Shown here piece after piece: positions 39,775-55,670 of a stretch of DNA of 64,000 nt. Under the pieces are notes generated by a model. It was not told the DNA's origin and did not search any database. It saw nothing but the letters and a program-made list of their open reading frames with translations. The DNA is from Laetmonice hystrix (taxonomy: Eukaryota). The DNA lies in NCBI GenBank assembly GCA_965235115.1, contig OZ249445.1:8246001-8310000 (forward strand), in the 5' to 3' direction. The position numbers and the translations under genes are program-made. How positions within the stretch are numbered: the stretch's first letter is position 1; each line of letters starts with the position of its first letter.

Positions 39775-42700
39775 TCAGTGTATCCATTTGTCTGCCCCTG
39801 AACGTGTATGATAAAGCGGGTGGCGTCTCCCCGACACGGTTGACCTCAGCCGACCTCTCCCTCTCCCCATATAATACTACCGACCGGGGGATAATTAGAA
39901 TCTGACGACAGTCTACCTGCCATCAATTACCAGTGCAGCCGATGTTATTATTCCTGTGGCAACATCTTGACATACCAGGAGGCAGGTGGAAAGTGGCCCC
40001 AACTTGTCCAGTGTTCAGCCCTGGTGTCAGTTTGGAAAGAGTATGAACAGAAAAATACAAGGCGACGTAGGACAAAACGCACTCCGCATTTAGAGGAGAC
40101 TGCGTAAGGCGACTCGAGTAGACTGAATTTCGCGAGGTCATTTCGTTAAGCCATATCTTCAACTGTGAATCTGCTACGGTAGAAAACATCGGGTGCCCGC
40201 ATTCAGTTATTTATGAGGGGGACTGGGAAGGAACAGATAGTGATCCATCATCTCTTATCGCAGCCAATGAGAGTCGTCGTATTATTAGTTTTCATGGCAC
40301 ATGAAGAGGACTGCGCATCCGGGGAAAGGGGGACCCACAAACAAGCTTGATATAGGCCTAGTAGATGAGGCGCTGATGTACGCATGTATTCATTCTGTAT
40401 AATAGATAGAATTGTTTGCTTATAATTAGTCTTTCCATATGCGTACCGAACTATCAAAACTACCCACCAAAAGTTGTCTTGTGGTGCGCCGTTGACAAGT
40501 ATGTTTGGCGATTGAATAACCAGATTTGGATGTAACTTTGATCGACGACGGCAAGGGGCCTGATTGTCCTAACCTGCTTTGTACAGTGACGTGGTTGTTG
40601 TGAATATCTGTCGTACCCACCTAGTCATGGAAACGCAGGCACTTAATTCCGATATACAACGATTCCGAATGTTAGCAGCTTTGATGGTTGGTCTGCTGCA
40701 CTTAGAGCTCCGAGAAGAACAGACTTTTCAAAGTCATTCCCGCGCGCGTCCATGATTGTAGGGGCTGTAGACAGGAAGTGGGGACTGAGGCTGAGACTTT
40801 GCACCGTGACAAACCCAAAGTCAGCAGTGATAATAGAGGGTAAATACCGACAATAGAGGCAAGCTTATCCTTTGTGCGTACTACGAATCAAAGCATTCAT
40901 AGACAACTGTCGCCTTTCTGTCACTGCGTCACCCCGGGTATTTTCGATTTTGTCTCCTAATTGTTCAATACCTTTGGTTGGGAAGGGAAATTCTACCGTG
41001 AGCCGCAGTCTTTGCTTTCTACCAATGATGTGCGTGATATTTCATACTCGCTTTACCTGATAGGGGGCTATGCTGTACTGTTGCTCATAAGCAGTATCAT
41101 ATACTCGTATACAATGTGGTAACACTCTCCGAGAGACACAAGAAAAGGTTCGGTTTCATCTAAACTTTCGATGTATGGTGACCTGCTGCTCGCCTACTTG
41201 TACAGTATAACTTGCTTTAACTCAAATGTTAGAACTTTGTAGATAACACAATGGTAACGCTCACGACATACGATAATTGTACTAGACAAAGGAATAATTT
41301 AGAATAGGTAAATACAGTTCTTTATCAAACAATATTAGATTAATACTAGTTGTGGAGTAGTTTGATAGATAGGACAGTCTGAGGATAATCTAGGATTACT
41401 GAAAGGAGCCCGTGCCTTTATATGAATTTTTCATTGGCAATGAACAGACGTGGATATAATATGTTCTACTCGCGGTAGTGGGCGAACATTTAGGCGGCTG
41501 TACATGCACTTGATGAAGAACCTTGGAGATTTTGATTGATTTGTTGGAGTGTATCAAAGTGTTGTGAATTCCTAAAACGGCACGTTGAGTAATCATTTTT
41601 GTGGTAGTGTTAATTTGCCACCTACTAGCGTCTCGGCGGGTAATTGTTTTGCATGGCGTCACAGTTAACTGCACCGTTTAGATACAAGCAATCAGAATAT
41701 TGTATTGGAATAATTTAATGGACATCAACCACTCATTAACCGTTGGGTCACTAGTCATTATTAGAAAATTCTAAACGAAATTAAGTTCGCATTTATCTCC
41801 GGAGACAGGAGTGAGAGCGAGGAGAAGCCGACCATTACTGGATCCAATAAAGGCTGACAAGGGATTCCAGTGTGCAGGGTTCAAAGCTAATCTGATGCCG
41901 CTCTCACAATAAGGCGGGCGATTAAGTAAATGTGTATTAAGGTGAGCCACACGCCGGGATGGCTGAATTAACGTTCTCGCTTATTAGATTTGGATCCGGC
42001 GTTTCATTAAGGCGAGCGTAGTCGGCAAGAAGAGAACGCTTCATTGAGTTTATTACTTGGCATACTGTTCACTTCCAACCCCTATTGAGTAATTTCATCA
42101 CTGCGACGTCGACTCTCTCGTTTGAAGCTACTCGGATAAAACTGTATGGAGTAAACAGTTACCGTGCAATACTCTCCATGAGTTTTCGCAAGGATTATTC
42201 AAATAAGGCAGCCATGTATTTCTTTTGAGGAAATTATCAAATAGAAAAACAAATTATGGCATTAGTTTGTCGGCATTTCTTTATTTAAAAAAAGACACAT
42301 TAAATGTGGTGCAATCCTATTCATCATTGGTTCTCCTATTGACCTAATATTGGATCGCCCTCCTCTTCAATAGAGGACGCGAGAACTAGATGGAATGTAC
42401 GAATGCAATTAAATAACAAAGTATCAGTCGTTGCAGACTGAAGAGCATCGATAAAAAATATGCACAAGCTTGGTAACTACTAGTATATGTTTGCATCCAC
42501 TCTTTTTTTCGTTTTGGCATTCAGAATTACATGTACTTGTGCCTCTTATCAGTGACTGACATTCACACGTTGTCTACCGTAGCATGACATAGAAAGGGGG
42601 CCCGACCGTGTTCCATCCCTAAGGTGTTCATGGCTTAAATTTCCGCTGGAGGGAATGAAAAATCGATAGTTTCCATTAGCAGCTTGAAGCATTCGCAAGA

Positions 42701-45700
42701 GCAGCTACAATGCATATTTGGCCAATGATACTATATTATGGTACGTCTAAATACACTTGCTTTAGTGCATTGGTGGGTTAGGAGCATACAGGGTTAAAAC
42801 AAAACATGAAAAAGTGTTCACCCTGTTCAGGTACCCCTTTATTGAAGAGATTCAAGACACCGGTCAATATTGGGTTATTTGAGGGTATTAGTAAAATCAA
42901 ATATCAGATGGAAGCGACGGACACATGACAGCCCATCTGTTTATCCTTATGTGCTTCTGCCGACAAACTCCATAACGGCATCAATCATAATATTACCGAA
43001 AGCGGACCCGTTGTTGGTTTGGCTGTTGGTCAGTAAGCAGCACATCCCGACTCTAGCGACGCCGGTAAACGGAACGGACCTTCGTGCAACAAAACAGTGA
43101 CGTTGAGACGTGCCGAGCAACGTTATTCCCCGGACGAAACTCGACAGCTGAGCATTTAAAATAACACGGACGATCATCATGTTGGCTCGCACGACGGCCC
43201 AGAGCTGTAGCGCGAGGCGCTGGTTCCGGCGGCAAAGACAATATTGTGGCAATGCCACCGAGAGGACTGGAAGCATTCGGCGCAGGACGGAGCTGTTCCT
43301 ACTCGTCTTACCTAGCTACCACAGACCACGTGAAGCGTCTGTCGTGTCACGTCACGCACGTCGTCTCCACCCTATCACGTGATGCAACCGCCCTTAAAAA
43401 CGCTTAGACGACGATCTGCAGTAGTAATTTTTGGTCAGCCAGCACCGAAACATCTGAGAGAGATGACCTTGAAATAGCGCATTGCAGGTTTACGCAATAT
43501 TCAGAAAACGTTGATATCCTTTTTGAAGGAATCTCGTTACGTTTGAGAAGTGCGTTTTCTGCATTCGTAGATCATAGTGCTGAAGGACAGAGACAGCGTA
43601 TGCCGTATTGGAACCGACTTGCTCCAGTCACAACATGATATATCACTCTGAAAACGGGCAGAGCAAACCACTTCCGCCGGCAACGGAGATTTCATTTTTG
43701 GCCGAATGGTTCTTACAAGGACTGAGCGATGGTAATGAGAAACATGCACTTCCATAAATCGACCGAGACTAGGCCGAGAACGCCGTGGTGGCGTCGACCC
43801 TTGCTTCAATTATTCGCTGGCTGGGCCCCGGGGTAATTTTCCAAAGTGGCCTGATCTGGAAAAGCCCGTATGGCAGTATCCGGTCTCTCCGTTACTCCAC
43901 CAATAACCCTGAGGTGTGTACACATTGTTTTGGTACAATTATCTGCGGATTTGATTCACCTAGCATGGTAAAAAGGCCTGTCGCGGTATGCATTAATCAT
44001 GCACCCGCAGGCCAGGGTGGTTGCCAACAATAAACAAACCACATTTATGTTTTAAAGTAACGTAGTCGTGCAGACTGTGCGGAGAGGGTGTCGCCGAGAG
44101 AATAAGTAAATCCTCGAGGGCGGCAGGCGTCAATTACACCGAACGCCATCCTTATGTATCGTCTTTTTAACAATTAGGTCTATACGGTACAGCTTCCATA
44201 TTGTACAGCCGCGTATTAGGCATTTTCCACCTGAAATTCTTCTAGGAAGCAGGAAAGAAAGAAAATGTGCTTGCATATGAATGTTCGTTAACTGTGGATT
44301 ATACTTTGTGTTTGCGATTTTGTGGCTGTTGACATTGTTGGGTCATTGAGTTTGATATTGTTGACAGCGAGGACACTAGAGTATGAATGAATGGTTGAAT
44401 TGGATGATATGTGTAAGAGAAGCCTTGGCTAGGGCAACAAGATCCGGGACCCATGACGGTCTCGCTGGATTCGAGATTTCATCCATCTCTGCTACCATGG
44501 CAACAGTGTAAACAGGGGGGAATGCCGTGTTGACGTTGAAGAAATAAGTCATCAGTTATCTTTGTTCTGCATACATCTTTGTTCTTTTCATATACATATA
44601 TCATTCCTTTTGTTTATATATGATATATGATAGCGGATGCAAATCCTGTTGATTTAAGAGGCATTGTCAAGTTTTATTTATTTTCGTATAATCTGGTTTG
44701 GCTTTCCTCCGTTTTAATGAATCTTAGCAGTGACGTTTGAACATTGACATAGGCATGGCGCCAGGCCGTTGTTAGTTGGTGTAGTGGTGGGTCTCTGACC
44801 ATACAACACAGCGGCAAACAGAGCTGAAATTAAAAGTAAACACAGCACCGGGATCCATTTCTCCACCTTGTAATGAGTCGCATTTAAAGTTTAATATGGG
44901 ACCGATACAAATTACCTGGATATCACGTGAACCCGATCCCGTCATTTGCACAGGCACACAGTGAGAATTCTCTCGAGACACGGGCGGTGATGATGGTGGT
45001 GGTGGGGGTCGGGCCGAGGGTGGGGGGTCTACTCCCATATTCAATATGTCGGGCACGTGCCCTCGGTCGTCTGCTCAAACACCTCACACAACCTGGCGGC
45101 AGCTGGCCGGCCTTCCCGTGCAAATGTGTCTGATTTACTGCCGTGAAGTATGCGCCCTTTTCAGGGGGATGCGTCTCTATACAAAGAGAGCACTCCCTGC
45201 TCGGTTTTCCAAAAGAGAAACTTTTTTCATGATCATTAAAACAGCAAACATCTCCATCAAACGGAACCATCTTTAAAAAGTGTATTTTTTGGTGTCACAT
45301 TAAGCGAATCCATCCTTTCAGCTGGCGTTCCCGTTGCCAAGCCTGACCCCGATTTGTCATAGTGAAACCGAGGGTTGAGACCGGCAACTAATGAGTGGTG
45401 GCTTTCTAGTAGACTCAAAACGGAACCTCCTTTTGACAAAGTGCCTCTCATTAAATCAGCCTGATTTCGTTTTATCCGACGAGCAGAATATAATATGCAA
45501 TGTAATTATGAAGAATGGCACAGTGGCCATTAAGAGCCGTTTGTAGTGTCTTCTCATAAGATGTGGAACAGAAATGGTGATTATCATGACCTTGATGAGG
45601 TGATGTGAGACCGGCAAGTTGAATACTTGTTGACGTGAAGACGCCAGTACAGTCACGGGGTTATGCACTGAACGCGCCTCCTTTCTCCCACTTCTCTCTA

Positions 45701-48700
45701 GCAGGCTGGATTCAGCAAGGTCTACTTCATATAACGTATGGATTGCAATATAATACATGCAAAATATAATTCGATATGTTTAAGACGCACTCTGCTTTTG
45801 TAGATGGTGGCAAAGCCAGGAACGAACTAAAAATCTTTGTCTGCGTTTGTTGTGCAGGATGTACCAAATTAATCTTTCTAATTTCCCTCGATGCCGCCAT
45901 GATTTTTAACATTTATATTGAACTATCCGCTTCTATAAAGAATGTAATAGATGTAGTTTGAAACAGGAAAGGGAAGTTTGCTATCTACAGCGCATAGCCC
46001 CAATGTTTTTGTAAACCGCCAGCAGAGACATCATGTCCTCAAGGAAAAAGTCATATTATGTTTAGGTTTGAAAGTCGAAACAATTATTTCGAAAGTCTGA
46101 ATTTGTTGGTTTCAGATGTAAGGATAATAACGTTTATATAAAAATGACAACTCTAAAAGGAACATAAATAAAAGTTTGGGCGGCTTGTAAGAAATCATTC
46201 AATCCGATAAGATACTGTAACCTTTATACTTCACCGGACTGTTAGTTGGTGCATCGAACAGGCACTTTCTAAAGCCGTGAATTTGTTGGATTTAAAGCAA
46301 GAACCGACTATCTCTTAATTCAATGACTTTAAAATGCAGAGATGGGCTGTTAGGTTAGATAAGGCCTTAGACTACATAAGTAAATCAATAAATGTTTACC
46401 CAGAGAAATAGAGAAATCTAATGAAATTCAACATTTCAGTTGCTATGAAGAAATCGTTTTATGGCTGGTTGTTGACAGAATATTTTACCTGCATTGGCTT
46501 GAACAGCCAATGAAATTCATTGGGCGATGAACGGAATTTAAGCGGAATCATTCCTGCTGACTGTTGCAATGCGGAAAACGCTGATAGAAGTATATGAAAA
46601 GGTTCCAGTGGGATATTATGTCCACGATGTTATCATCAGAAGCATGTAGAAGCAAGGGATACGCTCCATGTGTGTCTTATATGCTTGTTATTCGGTTAGG
46701 CTAATCTCAGAGATTATTGTCCTGTTCTGTTTATCAGAAATGATAGATATGGCACGAAGGGTCTGAGACCGACGGCATCGGAAGGTTACTTACTTAAGCA
46801 CGTTCCTTTAATTGGCAACATATGTTTCATTGTTTGTTGGTTAACAGTTTTCAGACAATATGTATTGCCTCCTCTCTATTGTAATGTAATGTTTTATTAT
46901 CTTATTACCTTAGACTGTCATAGCCGGCCACATAATACGATACTTTGTCATGCCATGCCGTGCGTGATTTGACAATCGCTTGTGAATAGTATTTTTATTG
47001 CCATGCGCATATTTGCAAAGGCATATTCATGTATTTATATATCTTTTGAAAAGTCTATATTAATACTGAGGATTCAAAGAATATTAGCCGTACAAATACG
47101 ACTACAAATGGTGATCTTCTACACGCTTAGTTTAATCCTCCTGTGGTAATGGGAATGGCCGTTAACCGCATTAATGAAGCCATATCTGCCGTGATGTCGG
47201 TACGTGGCTGAGAGTTAGGTCCTCAGGTAGTAGCTGTAAGTCTCGTTTGAATGACGTACCTTCCAACATTTCGCCACACTGATATAATATGAAGGTTGAA
47301 GGTGTGCAAGCACAGCTGGGCGCGGAGAGCTGTTCATGTAGCGCCACCTTATGACAGTGTAGCGGGTGTGTATACACAACAATACGGCCCTGATCTCAGG
47401 GGCACCTGCTGCTACCTTCAAAGGTCCTATTAAAGACGTCGACAAGGTGTTAGCACCCCTCCTTGACGGATTACTCATGCACGTAACTAGACGTGGAATC
47501 TCCCAAGGTACGGAGGAGATGCACTGACTTGAGAGGAGTAAATTGAAGCGCAGGCCTTTGTGTTCTTACAACGGCTTGATGTATCATATATGGATGCCCT
47601 AAGGTGTTGTGGTTTGATTGCTCTGGGGGACTTTATTCATATCTCAGCCACATAACACCAACATACATAAGTTAGTTCACTCTCTCCGCGGAAATATTAT
47701 AAAACATGTACATTGGCCGATTAACCTGCTTAACACGTCGTACATCAGCCTTGCGCAACTCATGATTACATTGAGAAATGGGAACCCATGTTTCAGATAC
47801 CCCATCCTTTTAACTTTTTATAGTGAAAATGTAACACAAGGTTTTCATATAAATGTGACACACAGCAAAAGTTGCCTATACATGCCGATGTACTGTAATA
47901 GACGAGGAATTAAATGCGAGCCTCTTCACCTCCACATATACTTGTAAAACGTTCGCGAGCTGTTGCAATATTAATACCGGTTATGTTGGTTAACAAGGTT
48001 TAGTATTTCTTTCCGAAATGTCGCCTGAGAGTCACTATATGGGTGACGTGTACTTGTTGGGTAGAGGTTTATGTACCAGAATGATCGCGATGCTGTGAAG
48101 AATTAAAGACAAACAGTGATTTCACTCTTGAGACATGTATCTAGGCTAGTTATCTTGTCACTACATGTTGTTGATAACTCGTCACTGAGGTGTTATGGAT
48201 CAGGGCACAGCGGTTGGTCAGGGTGTGATTGAAAGTATTGTATTGAGAGGGCCCGCTTGTATGTGAAGAGGCCGGGTGGTGACGGGAAAGGCCTCGGGTT
48301 GAAGTGGGGCTGGAGGTGAGGACTGATAATGGCAGACAGTTGGAGTTCCATGCCTGCCATCGATAGTCATCAATGCCTATCAAGGTACTCGGGGAGGGTT
48401 GCAGAACGTATGTATCAAGCAGGCCCAAGGTTAGTGGAAACCTGCAAGGCGGCGGCAGTGAGTGTCGAGGCCGGCCGCTGACTGTAAGGTGGGCCGGCCG
48501 AGCCGCCTTGGTACGGCGTCACCGTGAGAACATTAACACGTGTCTTCTCTCTCGATGAACAAACGCGAGGGTTGAATAAGGTTGAAAAACACCTCTGTCT
48601 GCCCGCTTATCGTGGGTTGAAAGAAATTCTTCAGCGGGAAGTCTATCGATCGGTCAACCAGGCAGACCAGGGCTCCGTGGGTTGTCCTCTGATGTAAACC

Positions 48701-51700
48701 GGCCATTTGTCCAACATCCTGATCGCACGCCCACCTCAAAAGAAACTGGCGGCGCCGACATGCGAATGTCAACACGGGTTAGCGATAAGCTCCGGGCAGA
48801 TGAGTGCCCGTCTCATCCCTCCACCGTCTATCCGCTCCCAGAATGAAGCCGCTCTGTCCAGTGTACAGTGGTCTTTCTAGACCTTCCCACCACAAACACT
48901 AATCCTCTTAGCCATTGCCAAAACAGCTTATTCCATCGGTGGCCAGCCACAAGTGATCCAGACTGCTGCCATCGGGGGACGCCGAATGTCAGGAACGTTT
49001 TCAGAACAAGAGATCGATGTACCACTCAGTTCTGGCGTAGTCTATACCCCAGTTATATGGTCTGTGGGAAATTAGTGTACTGATTGTTTGCTATAGATCG
49101 AGAATTATAATTATACCTATCAATACTGGAAGTGAATATGTTTATAACGGACGTCAGGCTGTGGGTGGAGTTGATTAAAGTAGTATATGGAAATGTCGGA
49201 CTTGTTCCAGGCCCGTGTCCACTGGGTGGGAAACCAAGCTTCAGACCTGGTTTACATCTGGATAGGTCATCAATACACTTTCACTGACAAATGCTTTAGA
49301 CGCTTGCAGTCGATAGAGTCTGTCATACATCAGGTATCGACAATTAGGGAGAATGTAGAATGCCGTCGTCCATCTCTTAGTTTGACGTCACGGCCTCATA
49401 CAAGCAGAGCCACAGCAATAAAAAAATGAAATGGATAAAAAGTCGCTGTCGCTGCCTCGTTTAGTGCATTCCAAACGCGCCCACCTCAATGGTGCCCACG
49501 TAACAGCCTGGCTTATCATGTCAACCGCCACTTTAATCCATATTCCAATCAACAATGACCATAATCGAATAGTTCACGAATGACCCATCGCTGCAATATT
49601 AATAGGTTCCATTGAAACGTGCGCATTCTGGCGGACGTAAAAGCGAGGCACGCCCGTCCGGCCTGGGCCTGACAATGGACGTCAGAGCGCGTTAGGTGTG
49701 TCTATTTTAAAAGTTTCTCCCACCGATACTACCGGCAATTACCAACACGCCAAGCGTCAGCAGCCCGTCAAAACAGCATGGTTAATGGCTCGCCATAAAA
49801 GTATCCTTGATTGGTGTGTTGGTGTATGATAAACGGCCACGCAGGGACCAGTCAGTGCGACGGCTGGGTCCGATGTGTCCTACCCGCCATACGCCCGCTT
49901 TACCCGTTTCCTGCTGGTTTCAATTAAACCCATTATCGCCCTCGGCTCGGGCCAGCTCCATCTTTTATGATCGTTCATATCGGATACAGCATTGACACAT
50001 GCACACCACCGCGGTTACCGCCGTCCAACCGACCGACCGGCCCATCGATCGGTGCCGATTTGGATGTTCACATTTCTTACAAAAGAACCGTGTCATAATG
50101 AATTGCGGTGCCAGTCTAACAGGGAGAAATATACCCCAGGAACCAGAGCTCAGTGGCCAGAACAAAAAGGGCAAACGGAGCGGTGGCAGCGTGAGAATCA
50201 AAGTGTCAAAGTGTACTGTGGAGGCTGGCTTCACGCTCCGCTGGGGGTCAGTCGATCCCGCCATATTTATCCGTTTTTCAATGCGCCAACTGAAGCATGG
50301 CTTGCGCAGATTAAGTAGATCGTCCTGCCTGACATATTCTCTCATTCATCAGCTTGCTTAGCAGTTGGTTAATCAGGAATTCTGATCAAAGATAACCCAC
50401 CCTCGGGTATTATCGGGTCCATTCACTTAATAACGTTGGTGATGATTGCCACGGGCGCCGCACTAGGTTTCACGCCATTTGGTTGATCCCGCTCCGTGCT
50501 ATTGACGCTAGACAATTGGATAGTCTGTGGTCGATATCAACCGGGCTTGTCTTCGGCTCTCACCGCCCCTGACCCCATTCTCGACCACCGTATGACTTTA
50601 AACCAAATCTGGCGTCGGCGACGTTTGCTTAACGTCATCCGTCTATGATATTGTTTGGGCCCCTGCCACACCAGGACGGGACGGCATGGTCTGTGTATCG
50701 CCATAGTTACAGGGCCGGTTATTGACCTTGTGTCCGCCCGATGACGGCCCCAACCCTTGCATCGTTTACAATGGAGATTGGTGTATACAGGTAGAGGGAA
50801 CGGTCACGTGATGTTTGACAAAGAGATAGAGCCAATGTAACCCATGCCACCGTCCATTAAACCTGATTGATTCATGGCATCAATCATGTTAGGAGTTTCC
50901 GTCTTCAGGGATACATGACGCATGTCATGGCAATATGAACATGGGTCGGTCAGCAAGTCAGTCTTTCACTCATTCACCCACTAAGGCCATAGTGGTTTTC
51001 ATCTCCTGAAAGAAACGTGTCTTCATTCGCATGAAGCCTGGTCAACTTCAGTAGGCCGGCCCTGGAACTGAAAAGTTCTTCTAAAACAATCAACTCCATG
51101 GATGAAATCATTGAGGAGCTCTATTCTTCTATTGCTGTTGTGAGAATGAACAAAGCAGATGTTGAACAAAGGAGATGTTGAGACGTCGGCAAAGTTGTAT
51201 CCGAAGGTCTCCCGACTTCAAAGTTTAGTCGCACGTGCATGCTCAGTCAGTAAAAGTCGGCTTCTGAGGAGATGGATGGATGGTTTATGTAAGGGAATGG
51301 GTCTGTGGGAGTTAGGGTCTCCGCGACCAGAACAAGCGGGTAATAACTTCGTAACTTCAATGGGACTGCTTTGGATGCATTTTGGTTGTCTCACTTGGCC
51401 TAATCCTTGTGGCTCTATGTGATTGAGATCAATTACTCTGTTGGCTATATTGGGATCTTTCAATTAGTGACGATCGATGTAGTCGGGGCACCACGTGGGA
51501 CTATCTCACGTACACATTCAGCTCTGGCTTGCCAAATGGTGCGGCAAACTGCCATGTTTAGGCACTGACGTCTGAAACCCGCGCAGTACACTGCCAATCG
51601 ACGCCAATTTGAGCCCTTTATACATTTTGCCGTGGAATTATGTGACAACGGTGCCCCAAGTTCCCGCCGCTTGCCTTGTGATCAAGTGTTTCGCCCCGGG

Positions 51701-53927
51701 GGAAAATTACACATATGCGGTCCATTGAGCGTTGTTCTCTATCATCTCCGCATCGCCTGCACTGAGAGTAAATTGCCGATACGAGTCGTTGTTTCAGCGA
51801 TTCGCCCGTTGCCGTTCTATCTAATAGAGTCTGCTGACGGTGGATATATTTGCTCAAGTCACGTGACCGTAAAGTGGTTTCACGACAACAACAATGATTA
51901 AATACGGTTGATATGACAGCCACTTCCTGTACATAACGGGCCGGAGCAGGCTACGTATATGTACAGACCGATCTAATGGTGGCTGGAAAGTCGTCCATAA
52001 AATGGACCTTCAGTTCTCATTTTCCCGACATGCACCTTCATTATTGTGCGTATTGTATACGTATAGCGTCCACTTCGGGCACTGCCTTACCTGGAACTGA
52101 ATGGAACTGCATGAATAAAATTGTTTGAAAAACGTCAAGTTTCCCAGCACGTCACTTGTATCAAATAAGGTCTGGAAGAAGAGAATTAATACATTCAAAA
52201 GAACAAAAAATGCTAAGGATCGGATGTCATATCAATTTAATACTCATGAACAATGCAAGATTGGATGGCCATGGCTATTTGAGAGTTATACATTTCAGCC
52301 TAGTATTTTCTTTAATCTCTTATTTTATCCACGACTTTGGGGGTGGACAATTGAGAAGGTCGGTGTCGGCTAGGTGTACTGCCCACGCCATTGACGGCTC
52401 GCCATGACCATCAAACCTGGTGATCGGCCCTTTAACGGACGTGGTCGTGTCCAGCTGTTTTTGTACGCAAGGTTTTCTTCAAAACCAGACATAAACTCTA
52501 TGCAAGCAGTTCCACGTCCATTGTCGCACAGTTATCCCTCATTTACAGAGCAGATGGAGATGATAACGAAAACAAATGGTCCAATTCATACCTCTATGCT
52601 GACACATTACGTTATAATGAGATATTCGATAGTTGAATATAAAATATATATATAAAAAGAATTCTGGCTAAGGTTGATATATAGTAAGAGGAGCAGCCTA
52701 CAATTGATCTGTGTCCAGGATGTGTTGAAGGCGGTATAGCCAGACATTTTGTAACATATATAAAAGAGCATTGGTACAATTTTCATTTCCTGAGCAGAGT
52801 CTATGTGTACCGCGTACAACGCCCCCTCGTGTCAAATGTCAGTTGGAGGCCATTGTTATCGACAGCTGTCGGTGCTGTCAGACAAAACCTTTGTTGTTGA
52901 AATGTCCGATCTCCCGGAGGATAAAAGCCATGACAGCAGTCTTCAAATGACCTTTAGGGCCAGGAGGATAATCCATTAGGAGGGTCCGACACGCTTTAGT
53001 GTTGGATTATTGGATGGTAAGTACCGTGGCGGTTTAGCAGATCCATTAGGTTCGGCCGCTGGCGCCATCTGGGTGGGACCCTGTGTATTCTTTCCGGCTC
53101 CATCAATTGTTATTGACCCCCGGTGGATCGAGGATGAGCGCACAAATGCATTTTGAAGACACAGGGTTAGGACCGGCGGTGTCCTGCCATAACAACACTG
53201 CCTTCAACCTGTTACCACGCCCGGTACAACCCACAACTATATCCTAGAATGGCGGGTCCTCGTACCGTACGCCTCATCGATTCCTCAACTCAAGTGGGCC
53301 ATGTTTCACAATAACCAGAGTACTTTACCTTGTGGCATGCGGGCAACCACTAGATATTGAGGTCTTTTGTAATGTGTTTAATGAGATAACCTCCTGTGAT
53401 GACGCACTCAACCGATTTTCAAACCGTTTTTGTAAGGGAGGTCTGCGCCTTCGGTTATGTAACGAATGCTGTAAAACGGTGAAGCAACCAGTTGTGCTAA
53501 TCTAGGCATTGTTATTAATACGCATTTCACGTTTGGGGATTACATTTGGTAAAGGCTTGCTGCAAGTCTGGCACAAAACTGTTTCTCGTATATCAGGTGA
53601 CAAAATGAAACTATCTTGTCTGTCATTTCCAGTATGCAATGTATGTATTCGGATAAAAAAGCAGGGAGGATACTCTGCTACTATACATAACAGTCCACGC
53701 CTGTAGAACATCCCACTCAACCTTTCGTAACTTACACTCATCGTATTTCACCTGTGTATATACGTCACCTATAATGTAAGGAGGACAGCGAAATCATCTG
53801 GCCATTGTTAGAGTCACTTCCAAACACCAATACATATCGTATTACCCTCTGCCACCTTATAACTGGTATCACTTGATTTACGTGTATGTGTATAATACAC
53901 CGACCCCGGCCGCACTCCGGCTCAACG

Positions 53928-54098
53928 NNNNNNNNNNNNNNNNNNNNNNNNNNNNNNNNNNNNNNNNNNNNNNNNNNNNNNNNNNNNNNNNNNNNNNNNN
54001 NNNNNNNNNNNNNNNNNNNNNNNNNNNNNNNNNNNNNNNNNNNNNNNNNNNNNNNNNNNNNNNNNNNNNNNNNNNNNNNNNNNNNNNNNNNNNNNNNN
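53928..54098. other. Assembly gap (171 N) inside the intron
   Basis: Run of N from 53928 to 54098. Confidence 1.
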
Positions 54099-55649
54099 GC
54101 AGGACAGAGATGTCACCAGGAAGTGTGTTATGACCAGACTGCCTGTCTTGCTGATTGCCCCGTCTGCCGGCTTGTCTTTGTGAACCACCGGGAATTGTTG
54201 GCATACCGTTCAGTCTCGCATCTTTCATCAGCCGTTGTCCATGTTTACCTGTGAGGAGCAACTGATTAAACAGTAACCTTATATGGTTAAGTTCGTGTGC
54301 TTGAATTTTGACTTAATGAGTTCTTCAGAAACATATTATCATTATGTCAGAGAATTTTCTTCGGCTCATACGCCTCATTGATATCAAATGCCATCTTCAT
54401 GCATTCGTTTCATCTTGTTCGGTGATGAACTTTAGGTCTGTCTGATTGCATGTACCATTGGGGCGTTGTGAAATTATAAATGAGAGAAAAGGGAGATGAT
54501 CAAGGCTGATGACATTTGATGGGTGGTGTGCTGACGATGCCGCTGAGTCACTTTGTGATGGCCGAGTTGGAGAGGGTGGATTATCATTTCCCTCGACAGT
54601 GTCCGACCACGCACAATGTATCGTATGTTTTAGATCGTATTAGCTAATGTTGCACGGAACGTAGCATGCATACAAATGAGACCCGTGCAGTTCAATACAT
54701 CGTCCGCACTTGCAGGCGTGCAGGAACCAATCACACCAATACCCGCACCCCGGGGACGTTACAAAGTCCAAATCGTAAGATGAGCCCCCCCCCGTACCGT
54801 GTTGCATGACACAAAATGTACCAATTAGATCGCTTTAAGTAGTATCGCCGAGAGTTAGACATCTTTGATCAGAATAGAGATTTCGCCATCATTTTTCCGC
54901 TGCCATAATGACAGTTACGGGATGAAATTCTCCGGCCAGGACGAGAAATGAGACGCTGTTGCTGGGCGAGATGTACATTTAGGGACATGACATACATCGA
55001 GTTGTCTTGACGGTATTTAGAAGAACATAATTTGGTGTCGGCTACTTCCTGTCAATAATTTATACTAGGACATCCCACGATTCCAGTCACAGACTGACTA
55101 TATTCAGTGTACATCATATACAGGAATACTCGAGATAGTGATAACTTTTCATCTACAGTAGAAGTCGACAGAGCGAGTAGTGTGTGACAGTCAGTCCTAA
55201 TAACACGTCGGCTATATGTACGACACTAAAACCATCAAGCTAGGCACACATACATACAGCCAGCTGATAAAGTAATGGACTTTATCGCCTGCGGCACTAT
55301 GACGTCAGAACGTGACGGAGAGTAGGTGTAAAAACAAATATCTCTCTGATGTTATTTACACGTTGTCAGTGTGGAAACAACTAGCAGATTTAAGATGATT
55401 ATAACGCGTATACGTTTTTTGCAGCCACGTGAAAATGGACGTATTCATTTCTATTCGTTCGCTTGCCTTTTATGCGTAGGCAGGAGCGAAGAAGAGTCAC
55501 TCAGTTAGTGAGGGAGTTAGAAAAGCTACAATGAATCAGTTACACTGACTGGCAGCCAGTTCGCTACAGACTGTTTTTAGGCAGGAATCTTATCACAAAG
55601 TTTGACACATCAACAATGGCTGCACGTTTTGTTTTTATAAGTTTTATGA

Positions 55650-55670
55650 ATTTATTTATTTATTTATTTA
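55650..55670. repeat. (ATTT)n microsatellite
   Basis: atttatttatttatttattta. Confidence 0.8.

Noticed and set aside
44491-44504. RFX X-box-like GCTACCATGGCAAC
   Set aside because: Single 13/14 match deep in an intron with no supporting context.
53873-54261. ORFs spanning the N run
   Set aside because: Artefacts of translating N as X.
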